NCBI GenBank assembly: GCA_041287395.1
Contig: JBEULI010000029.1
Location: 4,837-68,836 of the forward strand
Direction: 5' to 3'
Length of the DNA stretch: 64,000 nucleotides
DNA from: Desulfurococcaceae archaeon
GTDB taxonomy: Archaea; Thermoproteota; Thermoprotei_A; Sulfolobales; Desulfurococcaceae
Program-made: the position numbers and the translations under genes
Notes under the pieces: model-generated
The model's database searches: none
Told to the model about the DNA's origin: nothing
The model's input: only the letters and a program-made list of their open reading frames with translations
Shown: piece by piece, positions 43,555 through 53,416 of the stretch
Layout: the number at the start of each line of letters is the position of its first letter
Position numbering within the stretch: the first letter of the stretch is position 1

Positions 43555-43619
43555 CAGGCCTTCGACAATTTCAGTGTTAAGAACGTTTATTACTCCTATA
43601 TTATAACAAAAGCGAGCGG

Positions 43620-44144
43620 GTGCGGGGGTTGACGGCCAAGCCCGAGGAGCTAATCAACAGGTGGCTCGTCGAGGAGGGCTTCATCGTGAGGAGGCTCGAG
43701 GCCCCTCCCGAGCTGAGGATAGCTTGGGGGCTCGACGTGAACACCCCACTTCCGCCGAACATAAACTTCAAGGTCATGAAACCGGCGGACAGGCCCGATA
43801 GGTTCGTCATCTTCCTCGGCGTGACGGTGTCGCCGGAGCACAGGAAGTGGCTCTCGACGAAGAGCCAACAGGATGTGCTCAGGTTCACCTCGAGGCTGGC
43901 CCACATGGTCCTCTCGGTGTGCAACGATTGCCAGCTCACGATCCAGCCCAGCTTCGTGGACCCGCAGACGATCACGATAGCCCTGGGGGTGTTCGAGGAA
44001 GAAGTGCGGGAGGGGAGGAAGGGGGAGTTCGTGAGGAACGTCGTCAGGGTCCTCAACGCGTACTTCACGGTCGTCTCGGCATTCAACGAGGAGTTCCCCG
44101 TGATTCCACAGGCCAAGCAGGAGCCGAGCCAGCTCTTTATATAA
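43620..44144 (+). CDS. conserved archaeal hypothetical protein (DUF2299-like, tentative)
   Basis: 174-aa ORF of normal composition. The antisense 190-aa ORF is Ser/Thr/Leu-rich and looks spurious. Confidence 0.5.
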   Translation: MRGLTAKPEELINRWLVEEGFIVRRLEAPPELRIAWGLDVNTPLPPNINFKVMKPADRPDRFVIFLGVTVSPEHRKWLSTKSQQDVLRFTSRLAHMVLSVCNDCQLTIQPSFVDPQTITIALGVFEEEVREGRKGEFVRNVVRVLNAYFTVVSAFNEEFPVIPQAKQEPSQLFI

Positions 44145-45088
<944 letters not shown>

Positions 45089-45113
45089 TCCAAAAAGCGG
45101 GGCAGAGGAACGG

Positions 45114-46031
45114 TCAGGCGATGGGCCTTGAGGCGAGGAAGTAGATGACGTCCCTCTCGGTTATTATGCCCTTGAGCTCCATGCTGTCCCCCACCACTAG
45201 CACGCTACTGACGCCCCTCTCCAGCATCTTTGCGACTGCGTCGCCCAGGTCGGCGTCGTCGCGCACGTAGGCGAGATCCCTCGTCATCAGCTCCTCGACC
45301 TTCACGGACGTGGCCTCCCTGATGTCGCCGCTCTGCGTCGCCTCGAAGGCGCGGTGCGAGCCGAAGTACCTGACGACGTCCATGGACGTTAACATGCCGA
45401 CGACCTCGTTATCCTCGAGAACGGGGAGCCTCCTGAAGCCCATAGCGATCATCCTCCTCATGGCCTCGGCCAACGTGGCCTTGGCCTCTACCGTGAACAC
45501 GGGGGACGACATGGCCTCCGTAGCCCTTATGCCGAGCCCTCGCGGGACTGCCTTGGCCAGGTACCTCAGCACGTCGTGCTCCGTGAGAACTCCGTAGATG
45601 TTTCCATCTTCGTCGACGACTGGCAGGATCCCGTAGCCTGTTACAGCCATGGTGGCGAGCGCGTCTACGAACTTGTCGCGGGTGCTGGCCACCGCCGGCC
45701 TCCTCTCCATGATGCTCGACACGACCTCCTTCTCTAGGGCCGAGAAGATGTTGTAGTTGTGCCTCCTCGCCACTATTTCGTGGAGCTCTCCGCCTCCCAG
45801 GTAGTTGACTAGGTGAGTGGAGAGTAGGAGCCCCTCTAGCCTCGGCCCCCGAGCCACTAGGAGGCTCCTGTAGTACTTCGTCATCGTTTCGAGGGCGTTC
45901 AGGATCGTTGAGGATGGCCAAACCGTTATCGCGGGCCTCCTCGCCAAGAGCTCGAGCTCTGTGAAGTCCTTGTACACGTGCTCCGAGAAGTTAGGCGAAC
46001 CATCGCTTCTCAGCCACCGGTAGTGGTCCAC
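45114..46031 (-). CDS. CBS-domain protein (two CBS pairs)
   Basis: Four CBS-like repeats (e.g. GILPVVDEDGNIYGVLTEHDVLRYL, RRLPVLEDNEVVGMLTSMDVVRYF, SSVLVVGDSMELKGIITERDVIYFL). The start is uncertain. The track start 46163 would overlap divergent nadE, so I chose the GTG at 46031. Confidence 0.7.
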   Translation of the reverse strand: MDHYRWLRSDGSPNFSEHVYKDFTELELLARRPAITVWPSSTILNALETMTKYYRSLLVARGPRLEGLLLSTHLVNYLGGGELHEIVARRHNYNIFSALEKEVVSSIMERRPAVASTRDKFVDALATMAVTGYGILPVVDEDGNIYGVLTEHDVLRYLAKAVPRGLGIRATEAMSSPVFTVEAKATLAEAMRRMIAMGFRRLPVLEDNEVVGMLTSMDVVRYFGSHRAFEATQSGDIREATSVKVEELMTRDLAYVRDDADLGDAVAKMLERGVSSVLVVGDSMELKGIITERDVIYFLASRPIA

Positions 46032-46148
46032 CCTGCGCGGCTTGCCGAGCCTCGGGTGGGGCGCCCGGGCCAGCCTCCCACCCAGTGATATATCTGAGGC
46101 GAGGATTAAGTAGGTGATGGTGGGGGAAGGAGCTCGTGGGGCTCTGAC

Positions 46149-46958
46149 ATGTCCGTCGACCAATTGATCTCGTTGGATTTCGCCGGCATAGCCAACGACA
46201 TCATCAGCGCGCTGGAGGCATATGCCCGGGAGGCCGGAAGGCGCACGTACGTAATGGGGCTCAGCGGGGGCGTGGACTCCTCCGTCACGGCTGCGCTGCT
46301 CACTAGGGCAGTGGGGCCGGAGAACGTCGTGGCGCTCATAATGCCGGACAGCAGGGTCAACAGCGACGAGGAAGTTTCAATGGCGGTCTCGCTCGCGCGC
46401 GAGCTCGGGATAGGCCACAGGGTCGTGTTCATAGACAAGATCGTGGACTCGTTTAAGGACGTCCTTGGGGACTGGGGAGAGGGCCTCGCCATAGGCAACG
46501 TGAGGGCCAGGATCCGCATGGCGGTCTTGTACTACTTCGCCAACAAGCTCCAAGGGCTGGTGGCTGGCACGAGCGACAAGAGCGAGCTGCTGATAGGTTA
46601 CTTCACGAAATATGGCGATGGGGCGGCCGACATACTTCCCATAGGCTCCCTCTACAAGACCCAGGTCAGGGCGCTGGGCAGGTACCTTGGCCTGCCACGC
46701 GACATCGTCGAGAAGCCGAGCAGTCCTGGCCTCTGGCCAGGCCACACGGCGGAGGGGGAGCTGGGGATCAGCTACGAGGAAATAGACCTCGTGCTGTACG
46801 CATTCTTCGACCTGGGAATGGGACGCGAGGAGGTCCTGAAGTTCACGGGCCTGAGGGCGGAGGTGGTCGACAAGGTCATGGGCATGGTCAAGTCGTCGGA
46901 GCACAAGAGGGCCCTGCCGAGGCTGGTGAGGCCGAGGGGGCTCAAGCCGCCCTACTGA
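46149..46958 (+). CDS. nadE: NH3-dependent NAD+ synthetase
   Basis: PP-loop MGLSGGVDSSV, then GTSDKSELLIGYFTKYGDG and the characteristic length. Confidence 0.9.
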   Translation: MSVDQLISLDFAGIANDIISALEAYAREAGRRTYVMGLSGGVDSSVTAALLTRAVGPENVVALIMPDSRVNSDEEVSMAVSLARELGIGHRVVFIDKIVDSFKDVLGDWGEGLAIGNVRARIRMAVLYYFANKLQGLVAGTSDKSELLIGYFTKYGDGAADILPIGSLYKTQVRALGRYLGLPRDIVEKPSSPGLWPGHTAEGELGISYEEIDLVLYAFFDLGMGREEVLKFTGLRAEVVDKVMGMVKSSEHKRALPRLVRPRGLKPPY

Positions 46959-46965
46959 GACGGCC

Positions 46966-48576
46966 TCAGCTCGTCTCCGGCGCCTCCCTCCCCGCCTCCC
47001 GCGCCAGGTCCCTTGCCACGCTCTCGAACGCATCCCTGGCCCTCGCGACCTCCTGCTCGCTAAGCGACGAGTACTTCGACCTGTCGATGTATAGCGTGAG
47101 AAGAACCTCGGATATGAGGCCATTTCTGATGGCAAACGATTGGAGCTCTTCCTCGCGAAAGCCCAGCGGCTTGTTGTCCTTCAGGTTTGTCAGCAACAGG
47201 AACCTGACGATCTCGGACGACGACGATGGATACACGTCCACTTTGTTTATGAGCACTAGCACGTCCTTCTCGTCTATTCCCTTGCCGGCGAGCGCGCTGG
47301 ACACCTCCTTGACCACCTCCTCCTTGAACTTCGCCTGTAGCTGCTCGCCGAAGCGTGCGCTGAAGAGAGTTCGTACATCCCTTAGGTCCGCCGAGATCCT
47401 GTGCACCATCTTCCACAACGGCTTCCTCCTCATGAGCACGCTCTCGAGGGCCTTCCTCGCGAACTCCTCGTCTTCGCATTCTAATTTCCCGCTCACTCCA
47501 GCCGAGCTCAGCAGCCCATAGACGCTGGCGTCCGTGAGCGCCACGTACTTGGAGAGCTTCGCTGGGTCGCTGAACATGTCCTCGAGCACGCCGGCTATGA
47601 AGCTCTTGAGGCAGTCGAACAGCCTGCCGAGCGTCTCCACGAACGCGATGTTGACGTGGTGGAAGTAGACATTTTTGTACATCAGCTTCCTCGCCTCCAG
47701 CAGCCTGCGAAGGTCGTCGATCGCCTTAGTGGACAGGGCGAGGGTCAACAGGCCCTGGTACTCGACGGTGAACGTGTTCCTTATGATCCACTCCTCGTTT
47801 ATGCCCCCTATTGCCAGGCCCGTATAGTAGCTGTCCCTCCTGAGGTAGTCGATGATGTCGCTGGTGTAGACGTAGTCCCTGACTATCAGCCTGATGAGGG
47901 TCTTGACCCCCTTGTCGGGCGTCGGATAGAAGAAGTCGTCGGGGCCTAACACGTTCCTCGAGGTCAGCTCGGTGTACTCCCTCATCCCCGGCGGAGGCTT
48001 CATGCCCTCGTCGAGCACCTCCAACACGTATTCCGGGTCTATCCCCAGGTACTTCGCGCCCTCGGAGAGGCCTTTCCCTATGACCTCCCTCAGGTAATCC
48101 CTGTAGATCAGGTAGCCGACTATTTCGTGGTTGCCGACCACGTAGTTGAGGAACTTCCTGGTCTTGTACACGTACGTGTCGAAGGCGTGGCTGAAGGGGC
48201 CGTGGCCGATGTCGTGCAGTAGGCCGAGGAGCCTGGCAGCCAGCACCAGCTCCCTCACGTGCCCCCTTATCTCCTGGAGGAACCTCGAGCTCGCCGGGAG
48301 GGCCTCCAGCGCGCTCTTGATCATTTGGGATGCGTACCTGCCCGACACGTGCATGACCCCGAGGCTGTGGCTGAACCTGCTATGGGTGGCGCTGGGGTAG
48401 ACGAAGTGGGCAGCCTGGAGCTGCTGCACGTACCTCAGCCTCTGGAGCGGCCAGCTGTCTATGACCAGGTCTTCGACGCCCTTAATGTAGTCTATGTAGG
48501 AGTAGATCACGTCCCTAACCTGGGCGTTGAAGGGGAGCACCCACGGGAGCGGGCCCTCGCGCTCGACGTTGGACAT
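46966..48576 (-). CDS. HD-domain phosphohydrolase (COG1078/SAMHD1-like family)
   Basis: Contains RFSHSLGVMHVSG ... LLHDIGHGPFSH ... DYLRRDSYYTG. I prefer the internal ATG at 48576. Confidence 0.85.
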   Translation of the reverse strand: MSNVEREGPLPWVLPFNAQVRDVIYSYIDYIKGVEDLVIDSWPLQRLRYVQQLQAAHFVYPSATHSRFSHSLGVMHVSGRYASQMIKSALEALPASSRFLQEIRGHVRELVLAARLLGLLHDIGHGPFSHAFDTYVYKTRKFLNYVVGNHEIVGYLIYRDYLREVIGKGLSEGAKYLGIDPEYVLEVLDEGMKPPPGMREYTELTSRNVLGPDDFFYPTPDKGVKTLIRLIVRDYVYTSDIIDYLRRDSYYTGLAIGGINEEWIIRNTFTVEYQGLLTLALSTKAIDDLRRLLEARKLMYKNVYFHHVNIAFVETLGRLFDCLKSFIAGVLEDMFSDPAKLSKYVALTDASVYGLLSSAGVSGKLECEDEEFARKALESVLMRRKPLWKMVHRISADLRDVRTLFSARFGEQLQAKFKEEVVKEVSSALAGKGIDEKDVLVLINKVDVYPSSSSEIVRFLLLTNLKDNKPLGFREEELQSFAIRNGLISEVLLTLYIDRSKYSSLSEQEVARARDAFESVARDLAREAGREAPETS

Positions 48577-48677
48577 CGCACCACCTCCGCGTGCTCGGGC
48601 CTGCGGCGCTGGCAAGCGATCTCTTGGCAAAGGATAATAGTTTCCTTTGCAACTTATAAACTAGGCTTTACAGTGGA

Positions 48678-49748
48678 GTGGTACGCGTGCCGAGTTCGCT
48701 ATCAGAGGAGTACCACGTAGATCCTTTCCTCGTGATGAAGATCAGGGACAAGTTGTACAAGTACTTTGAGGCGCTAGCGGCCAAGGGGACTAGTAGGAGG
48801 CGGGCGAGGCCGGTCGTCGGCGGGGGGACGTGCTCGCCGGCGACGCGCCAGGACTGGCCGAGAAGGATCGGAGTGGTGGACGGCGGCAGCAACTTGCTGC
48901 GCCTCAGCGCGGGCTACGTGGGAATTGCGGCAGCAGTTGGCATTGTCTTCGAGTGGCCCCGCGTGGCCAGGAGGATCGCCGCCGAGCCAGAGCTCCTGCC
49001 CGAGGATCCAAGTGAGCTGTCGCGCTACGAGGACCCGCTGATCGTGCAGAGGGTGGCGGACAGGGTTAGGGAGGCAATGGTGTTCGAGCTCGCGCTCAAG
49101 CTCCTCGAGGAGGGGCTCGACCTGCTTGTGGTGGACGGGCCCCTCATACCCTATGCCGTGATAGCTGGGAGAGAGCTCCCCGAGGAGGAGGCGAGGGCCC
49201 TGGAGAGGTACAGGAGAGCGGTCCGCGAGCTGCACTCGAGGTCCAGGGGGACGAGGACGACGGTGATAGGCTTCGTGAAGAGGCCCAGGTCCAAGTTCCT
49301 CCACAAGGTCTTTGGGGGCGAGGAGGAGTACGACCACGTGATCCTGGCTGGCCTGCTCGGGGAGGGCGAGTACTTTCCCAACCCGCCCTACCACCTTGCT
49401 CCCGAGGTCTTCGGGGCCCAGGTGTTCCACGACAGGGAGGTCAGGGAGCTCGTGGAGGCACTTGACCTGAAGTTCACGTTCCTTAAGACATCCCCCCAGC
49501 TGCCGCCGTTCAGGGTGGACTTCGGAAACGTCTCGAGAGATTATGGCCCGATCTTGAACTTCCTGTACGCCACGAGGACTCGCGACGGAATTCCGTTCGC
49601 CGTGGCCAAGGCCGATGAGGAGGTGAAGATCACCAGGGAGCTGATAAGGCAGCTCTACGAGGACGCGCTCCACTACAGCGTGGTCAAGACGTTGCCAAGC
49701 GATCCCTCGGCCATAGCACCGCTCATGCCCGAGTACGGTGGGATCTGA
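48678..49748 (+). CDS. nurA: NurA-domain nuclease
   Basis: Contains IGVVDGGSN, LLVVDGPLIPY, IGFVKRPRSKFL and GIPFAVAKADEEVKIT (NurA-like D..D/E..Y-P-x-x-L-x-x-A-D blocks). The stop shares 1 nt with the herA ATG. Confidence 0.7.
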   Translation: MVRVPSSLSEEYHVDPFLVMKIRDKLYKYFEALAAKGTSRRRARPVVGGGTCSPATRQDWPRRIGVVDGGSNLLRLSAGYVGIAAAVGIVFEWPRVARRIAAEPELLPEDPSELSRYEDPLIVQRVADRVREAMVFELALKLLEEGLDLLVVDGPLIPYAVIAGRELPEEEARALERYRRAVRELHSRSRGTRTTVIGFVKRPRSKFLHKVFGGEEEYDHVILAGLLGEGEYFPNPPYHLAPEVFGAQVFHDREVRELVEALDLKFTFLKTSPQLPPFRVDFGNVSRDYGPILNFLYATRTRDGIPFAVAKADEEVKITRELIRQLYEDALHYSVVKTLPSDPSAIAPLMPEYGGI

Positions 49749-51295
49749 TGGAGGTTCCCGAGCCTTTCGAGGCCGAAGTGGGCTTCATCTTCTCGGAGGA
49801 CGGCGTCTACGAGCCGGACGAGATCACGTTTACTGTGAAGCAGGGCGAAAGGGTCGAGATCGGCGACATAGTGGCCATAGAACATCCGTCGAGGCAGGGC
49901 GCCCTCGTGTTCTACCAGGTGACAGAGGTCCCGCTGAAGAGGAAGGCCAGGGACTACGAGGAGGATCTGGCGAAGATGGGAGTGCAGCTTGTCGACCCCA
50001 CGAGGGACTACCCGAGGGCAAGGGCCAGGCAGATAGGCTACGCCGATGTGGCCCTCCAAGGCAGTTCGCCGAACATCGGCGAGCTCTACATGCTCATAGA
50101 GCATGTTAGGCCGTTCTCCAAGGTCTACCGGCCGAGGCCAGAGCTCATAGACGCCCTCCTGAGGCCGAGCGGGGTCGGCGTGCTGATCGGGTCGCTGTAC
50201 CCAAGCTGGAAGCACAGGCTGGTCCTCGACGCGAGTAGGTTGCTGAGGCAGGGCCTCCTCGTGGTTGGCGGGGTGGGCACGGGGAAGACCACGACAATGC
50301 TCTCTATAATTGTGAGGCTCATAAGGGCGCTGAAGGAGGCGGGGGGCAGCCCGCATGTGCTGATAATAGACAAGGACGGCGAGTACGGGTCCAGGGAGCT
50401 CGTGGAGACGGCTGGCGAGGACGGCTACGTATCGATATCCGCCGATGCCATATCCTCCGTCGACTTCGTCGACGTTGACATGTACTTCGAGAGGCTCAAG
50501 AGGGAGTTGGGGTTCCCCGACATGAGGTCGTCGGCTGCAAAGGCCCTCAGGAGTGCCGTGGAAAGCGTGGCCAGGGATCTTGGCACACTGAGGCTCGAGC
50601 CGGACTTCGTCGAGAGGCACGTGTTGGCGGCGCTGAAGAGCGCCGATCCGCAGCACTGGACAGAGGTGCAGCAGAGGTTTGCCAGGTGGAGGCAGAGGCA
50701 TGCCAGGAGGGAGCACGGGCACGCCTACGGACCCAAGGAGGTCCTCGAGGAGCTGAAGGCCAGGACCGTTGTGCACATAGATTTATCGGCCACTAGGGAC
50801 TTCGGCCTTGCATTTGAGTTCCTCGCGAACCTGCTGAGGATGGTGTACGACGAGGCTCTGAAGAACGAGAGGTTCGGCTGCGTGGTGGCTATAGACGAGG
50901 CACACCTCTTCGCGCCCGAGAAGGGGGGAATAGAGCTCAGCCCCAAGGCAAGGGACCTCGGCGAGCTCCTGAACCTCCTGGCCACCACAGGGGCAAGGAA
51001 CGGCGTGACGCTCTTCGTTGCCACGCAGAGGCCGAGCCTCATCTCAAAGACCATCACCACGCAGATGGGCCAGAACATAATAGCCCACAGGGTCGAGGAC
51101 GTGGACCTCGATAGGATCGAGGAGATCATGGGGCCGATAGCGAGGAAGGTTAGGGTGTTGCCGCCGGGCTGGGCGCTAGTAAAGTCGCACGCGGCCAAGA
51201 TCAGGGAGCCCATCATAGTGAGGGTCGAGCCCGAGACCTACCCGGTCAGCAAGGGCAAGACCACTTTCGAGAGGCTTTTGCAGCCCCAGGGCTAG
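49748..51295 (+). CDS. herA: HerA-family (FtsK/HerA, DUF87) ATPase
   Basis: N-terminal HAS-barrel-like segment (GDIVAIEHPSRQGALVFYQVTEV), Walker A VVGGVGTGKTT, LIIDKDGEY and Walker B VVAIDEAHLFAPE. Confidence 0.8.
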   Translation: MEVPEPFEAEVGFIFSEDGVYEPDEITFTVKQGERVEIGDIVAIEHPSRQGALVFYQVTEVPLKRKARDYEEDLAKMGVQLVDPTRDYPRARARQIGYADVALQGSSPNIGELYMLIEHVRPFSKVYRPRPELIDALLRPSGVGVLIGSLYPSWKHRLVLDASRLLRQGLLVVGGVGTGKTTTMLSIIVRLIRALKEAGGSPHVLIIDKDGEYGSRELVETAGEDGYVSISADAISSVDFVDVDMYFERLKRELGFPDMRSSAAKALRSAVESVARDLGTLRLEPDFVERHVLAALKSADPQHWTEVQQRFARWRQRHARREHGHAYGPKEVLEELKARTVVHIDLSATRDFGLAFEFLANLLRMVYDEALKNERFGCVVAIDEAHLFAPEKGGIELSPKARDLGELLNLLATTGARNGVTLFVATQRPSLISKTITTQMGQNIIAHRVEDVDLDRIEEIMGPIARKVRVLPPGWALVKSHAAKIREPIIVRVEPETYPVSKGKTTFERLLQPQG

Positions 51296-51308
51296 CAGGC
51301 GCACACCC

Positions 51309-51314
51309 TTATTT
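51309..51314 (+). promoter_or_regulatory. TATA-like box for tRNA-Pro
   Basis: TTATTT lies ~26 nt upstream of the tRNA 5' end. Confidence 0.45.
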
Positions 51315-51339
51315 GGGAGGAGGGGCCCTAGGGCACACG

Positions 51340-51414
51340 GGGGCCGTAGTCTAGCCTGGCCAGGATGCGGGGCTTGGGCCCCCGTGACCCCGGGTTCAAA
51401 TCCCGGCGGCCCCA
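51340..51414 (+). tRNA. tRNA-Pro (anticodon UGG), no intron
   Basis: Hand fold: acceptor GGGGCCG/CGGCCCC, anticodon arm CGGGG-CTTGGGC-CCCCG, T arm CCGGG-TTCAAAT-CCCGG, discriminator A. Confidence 0.9.
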
Positions 51415-51492
51415 CTGGGCAACCCCTTCTATGAAGCGCGAGGCCGAACAAACTAAACGATATATTTTCGGGACGCCGTGTCTATGTAGGGA

Positions 51493-51888
51493 ATGTTTTG
51501 GATGTCCTTTGAAGAGGCCGAGATTTTACGTGAACGTGCGCACATGTTCCTTGAGAACGCCGAGTACCTGATCGGCCGTGGCTACTATGATTTGGCCGTG
51601 TTTAATCTTGAGCAGTATTGTCAGCTAATATTGAAATACAAACTACTCGTTAAGACGGCAACATATCCAAGGATCCACTCCTTGACAAGGCTCATCAACA
51701 TATTAGCTCAAATCGAACCGAATGTGAGAACTCTAATCGAACGCGAGGAATACTTCATTTTGCTGACGAAGCTTGAAGATGCTTATATAGGCTCGAGGTA
51801 TTTGCCTAGGAGATACGCTGAGGTCGAGGCAAGGGCTTTGTACAGGTTCGTTAAAGAGGTGTTCCAAAGAATTGTCGAAGGAATTTGA
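51493..51888 (+). CDS. HEPN-domain protein (toxin component of HEPN/MNT module)
   Basis: 131 aa. AEYLIGRGYYDLAVFNLEQYCQLILKYKL and EDAYIGSRY (R-x4-6-H-like region, THSL/IHSL) are typical of small archaeal HEPN proteins. Confidence 0.75.
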   Translation: MFWMSFEEAEILRERAHMFLENAEYLIGRGYYDLAVFNLEQYCQLILKYKLLVKTATYPRIHSLTRLINILAQIEPNVRTLIEREEYFILLTKLEDAYIGSRYLPRRYAEVEARALYRFVKEVFQRIVEGI

Positions 51889-52222
51889 AGTATATGTCGA
51901 AGAGTACAGGAGGCTGGAAGAGGTCTACAAGAATTTGGAGAGGACGTTGAAAGAGTTGAAAGCCGAAGTTAAGAGGATTGTTCCAGGCGCCCAAATCTTC
52001 CTCTTTGGCTCAGTAGTCCGGGGGAAACGCGTTCACGGCAGTGACATAGACGTTCTGATAGTGGTTAATCAGATGGGGAACCTAGACGTGGACGGGGTGA
52101 AAGCCGCCCTAAGGAGGAGGTTCCTTGAAATTCCACTTGAGATACACATCACCGATAGCCTAACGATGGAAAAGTGGTATAGAAGGTTCATCCCGCAGGA
52201 CGAGCTAATCGAAGTGACATAG
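51872..52222 (+). CDS. minimal nucleotidyltransferase (MNT, antitoxin component)
   Basis: Contains the G-S-x(10)-D-x-D motif LFGSVVRGKRVHGSDIDVLIVV. 116 aa. Overlaps the HEPN gene by 17 nt. Confidence 0.85.
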   Translation: MSKEFEVYVEEYRRLEEVYKNLERTLKELKAEVKRIVPGAQIFLFGSVVRGKRVHGSDIDVLIVVNQMGNLDVDGVKAALRRRFLEIPLEIHITDSLTMEKWYRRFIPQDELIEVT

Positions 52223-52626
52223 CAGCTCAACGCGTTCATAAGTAGAGCTTTTGCTTTTTCTTCCCACCAACCCTAGTTATGAATTCTGATGAATTCTGAG
52301 CACCTTCCTATGGGACTCACACCACTATAATAATTGTAATACACTATTACACCTTGGCTTGACAAGGAAAAGATAAGGTCGCTGTTCTCTAAATTCTGGA
52401 AGCTTTTCAAGTGCCGGCCTAGGAAGCTTACTAAAGGAATGCTCGTAAAAGCCAAAGACTCGCCTGCCCGGAGCTCAGACGACATCGAGGTTGCAGCGTT
52501 CCAACCGCATCCTAAGGCCTCATTCCGCACTGATACAATGGCTATGACTAAGGCATGTAGCACTCATTATGGTTGGCCGTTCATACAGTATGGCTATGCT
52601 ATTGTTTCTGCTCGCCCAGTGCGTGA

Positions 52627-52646
52627 GTTCAGATCCCAGCGGCCCC
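52627..52646 (+). repeat. degenerate copy of the tRNA-Pro T-loop/3'-acceptor segment (att-like scar)
   Basis: GTTCAGATCCCAGCGGCCCC here versus GTTCAAATCCCGGCGGCCCC at 51394..51413. The upstream sequence cannot form the T stem, so this is not a functional tRNA. Confidence 0.5.
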
Positions 52647-52820
52647 GCTGCGGCCTGGCCAACGGGGCGGGATCGAAGTCCCCGGCTCGCGGACGATCTA
52701 TGAAGCAAAACACATCATCGCGGCTTGCCCGTCGAGGACGGTCCAAGGCCTTGGAAATGGGGCTCACGGGTCATCCCCTTTAAGGGGCTCGCCCCGCCTA
52801 TGTGCCCCTGGGGCTCGCCC

Positions 52821-53348
52821 TTGATACTCAGCGACTGGGACATCAAGGTCTACCTCGAGAAGGGCCTCCTGGTTATTAGGCCGTTGTTTGAGGACACCGT
52901 GAGGGAGAACGGCGTCGACCTGAGGTTCGGGAACGGGTTCTGCAGGTTCAAGGGCAACGGCGTCCTGATCGACACGAGATCGATGAACGTCTCGGAGGCG
53001 CTCGAGTGCTCTGAGGCGGGGGAGGAGGGCTTCGTGATCGGGCCGCGCGAGCACGTGCTGGCGACGACACTGGAGTGGGTCGAGCTGCCGCACGACCTGG
53101 TGGGCCTCGTGAACCTCAGGAGCACGTTTGCCAGGGCATCGCTCTACATACCTCCAACGGTCATAGACGCTGGCTTCAAGGGGAACGTGACGATCGAGAT
53201 CATAGGGGGTCCCCACCCGGTCAAGGTGTACCCGGGGCAGAGGTTCCTTCACGTGGTATTCCTGAGGACCAGCAGCCCGGTCTACAGGCCATACCAGGGC
53301 AAGTACCAGGGGCAGGCAGGCGTGACGCCGCCCAGGCCCGACGCCTAG
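52821..53348 (+). CDS. dcd: dCTP deaminase
   Basis: (M)ILSDWDIKVYLEKGLL..P, VDLRFG and GFKGNVTIEI blocks. The TTG start at 52821 gives the canonical MILSD N-terminus. Confidence 0.85.
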   Translation: MILSDWDIKVYLEKGLLVIRPLFEDTVRENGVDLRFGNGFCRFKGNGVLIDTRSMNVSEALECSEAGEEGFVIGPREHVLATTLEWVELPHDLVGLVNLRSTFARASLYIPPTVIDAGFKGNVTIEIIGGPHPVKVYPGQRFLHVVFLRTSSPVYRPYQGKYQGQAGVTPPRPDA

Positions 53349-53416
53349 TGCCGGCCTCGGGCTCAGCAGGCGCTCGACAGGCAAAATTTTAGGGGGCACA
53401 TTAGATAGCGGAGCAC

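Larger units (their letters stand above)
51415..52646. mobile_element. remnant of an element integrated at tRNA-Pro (no integrase left) carrying a HEPN-MNT module
   Basis: The stretch is visibly AT-richer than its flanks. It is bounded on the left by the tRNA-Pro 3' end and on the right by a 20-nt near-copy of that end (2 mismatches). Confidence 0.4.

Noticed and set aside
52281-52300. Tandem 10-nt duplication GAATTCTGAT/GAATTCTGAG containing TGATGA and CTGA, which superficially resemble C and D boxes.
   Set aside because: It is far too short for a C/D sRNA, with no room for guide regions. It is more likely a slippage duplication inside decaying non-coding DNA.
52660-52710. A second T-arm-like string (GGGATCGAAGTCCCC), and a 10-mer TCTATGAAGC shared with the region just 3' of tRNA-Pro (about 51429).
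   Set aside because: I could not fold a consistent T stem. The 10-mer is not collinear with the 20-nt att-like repeat, and matches of that length are expected by chance in 64 kb.
52273-52783. ORFs 52273..52563(-) 96 aa and 52439..52783(+) 114 aa in the AT-rich remnant, as possible integrase fragments.
   Set aside because: I recognised no integrase or recombinase motif (R..H-x-x-R..Y). The composition is odd, and the second ORF runs through the tRNA-like scar. I treat the stretch as non-coding debris unless tBLASTn says otherwise.
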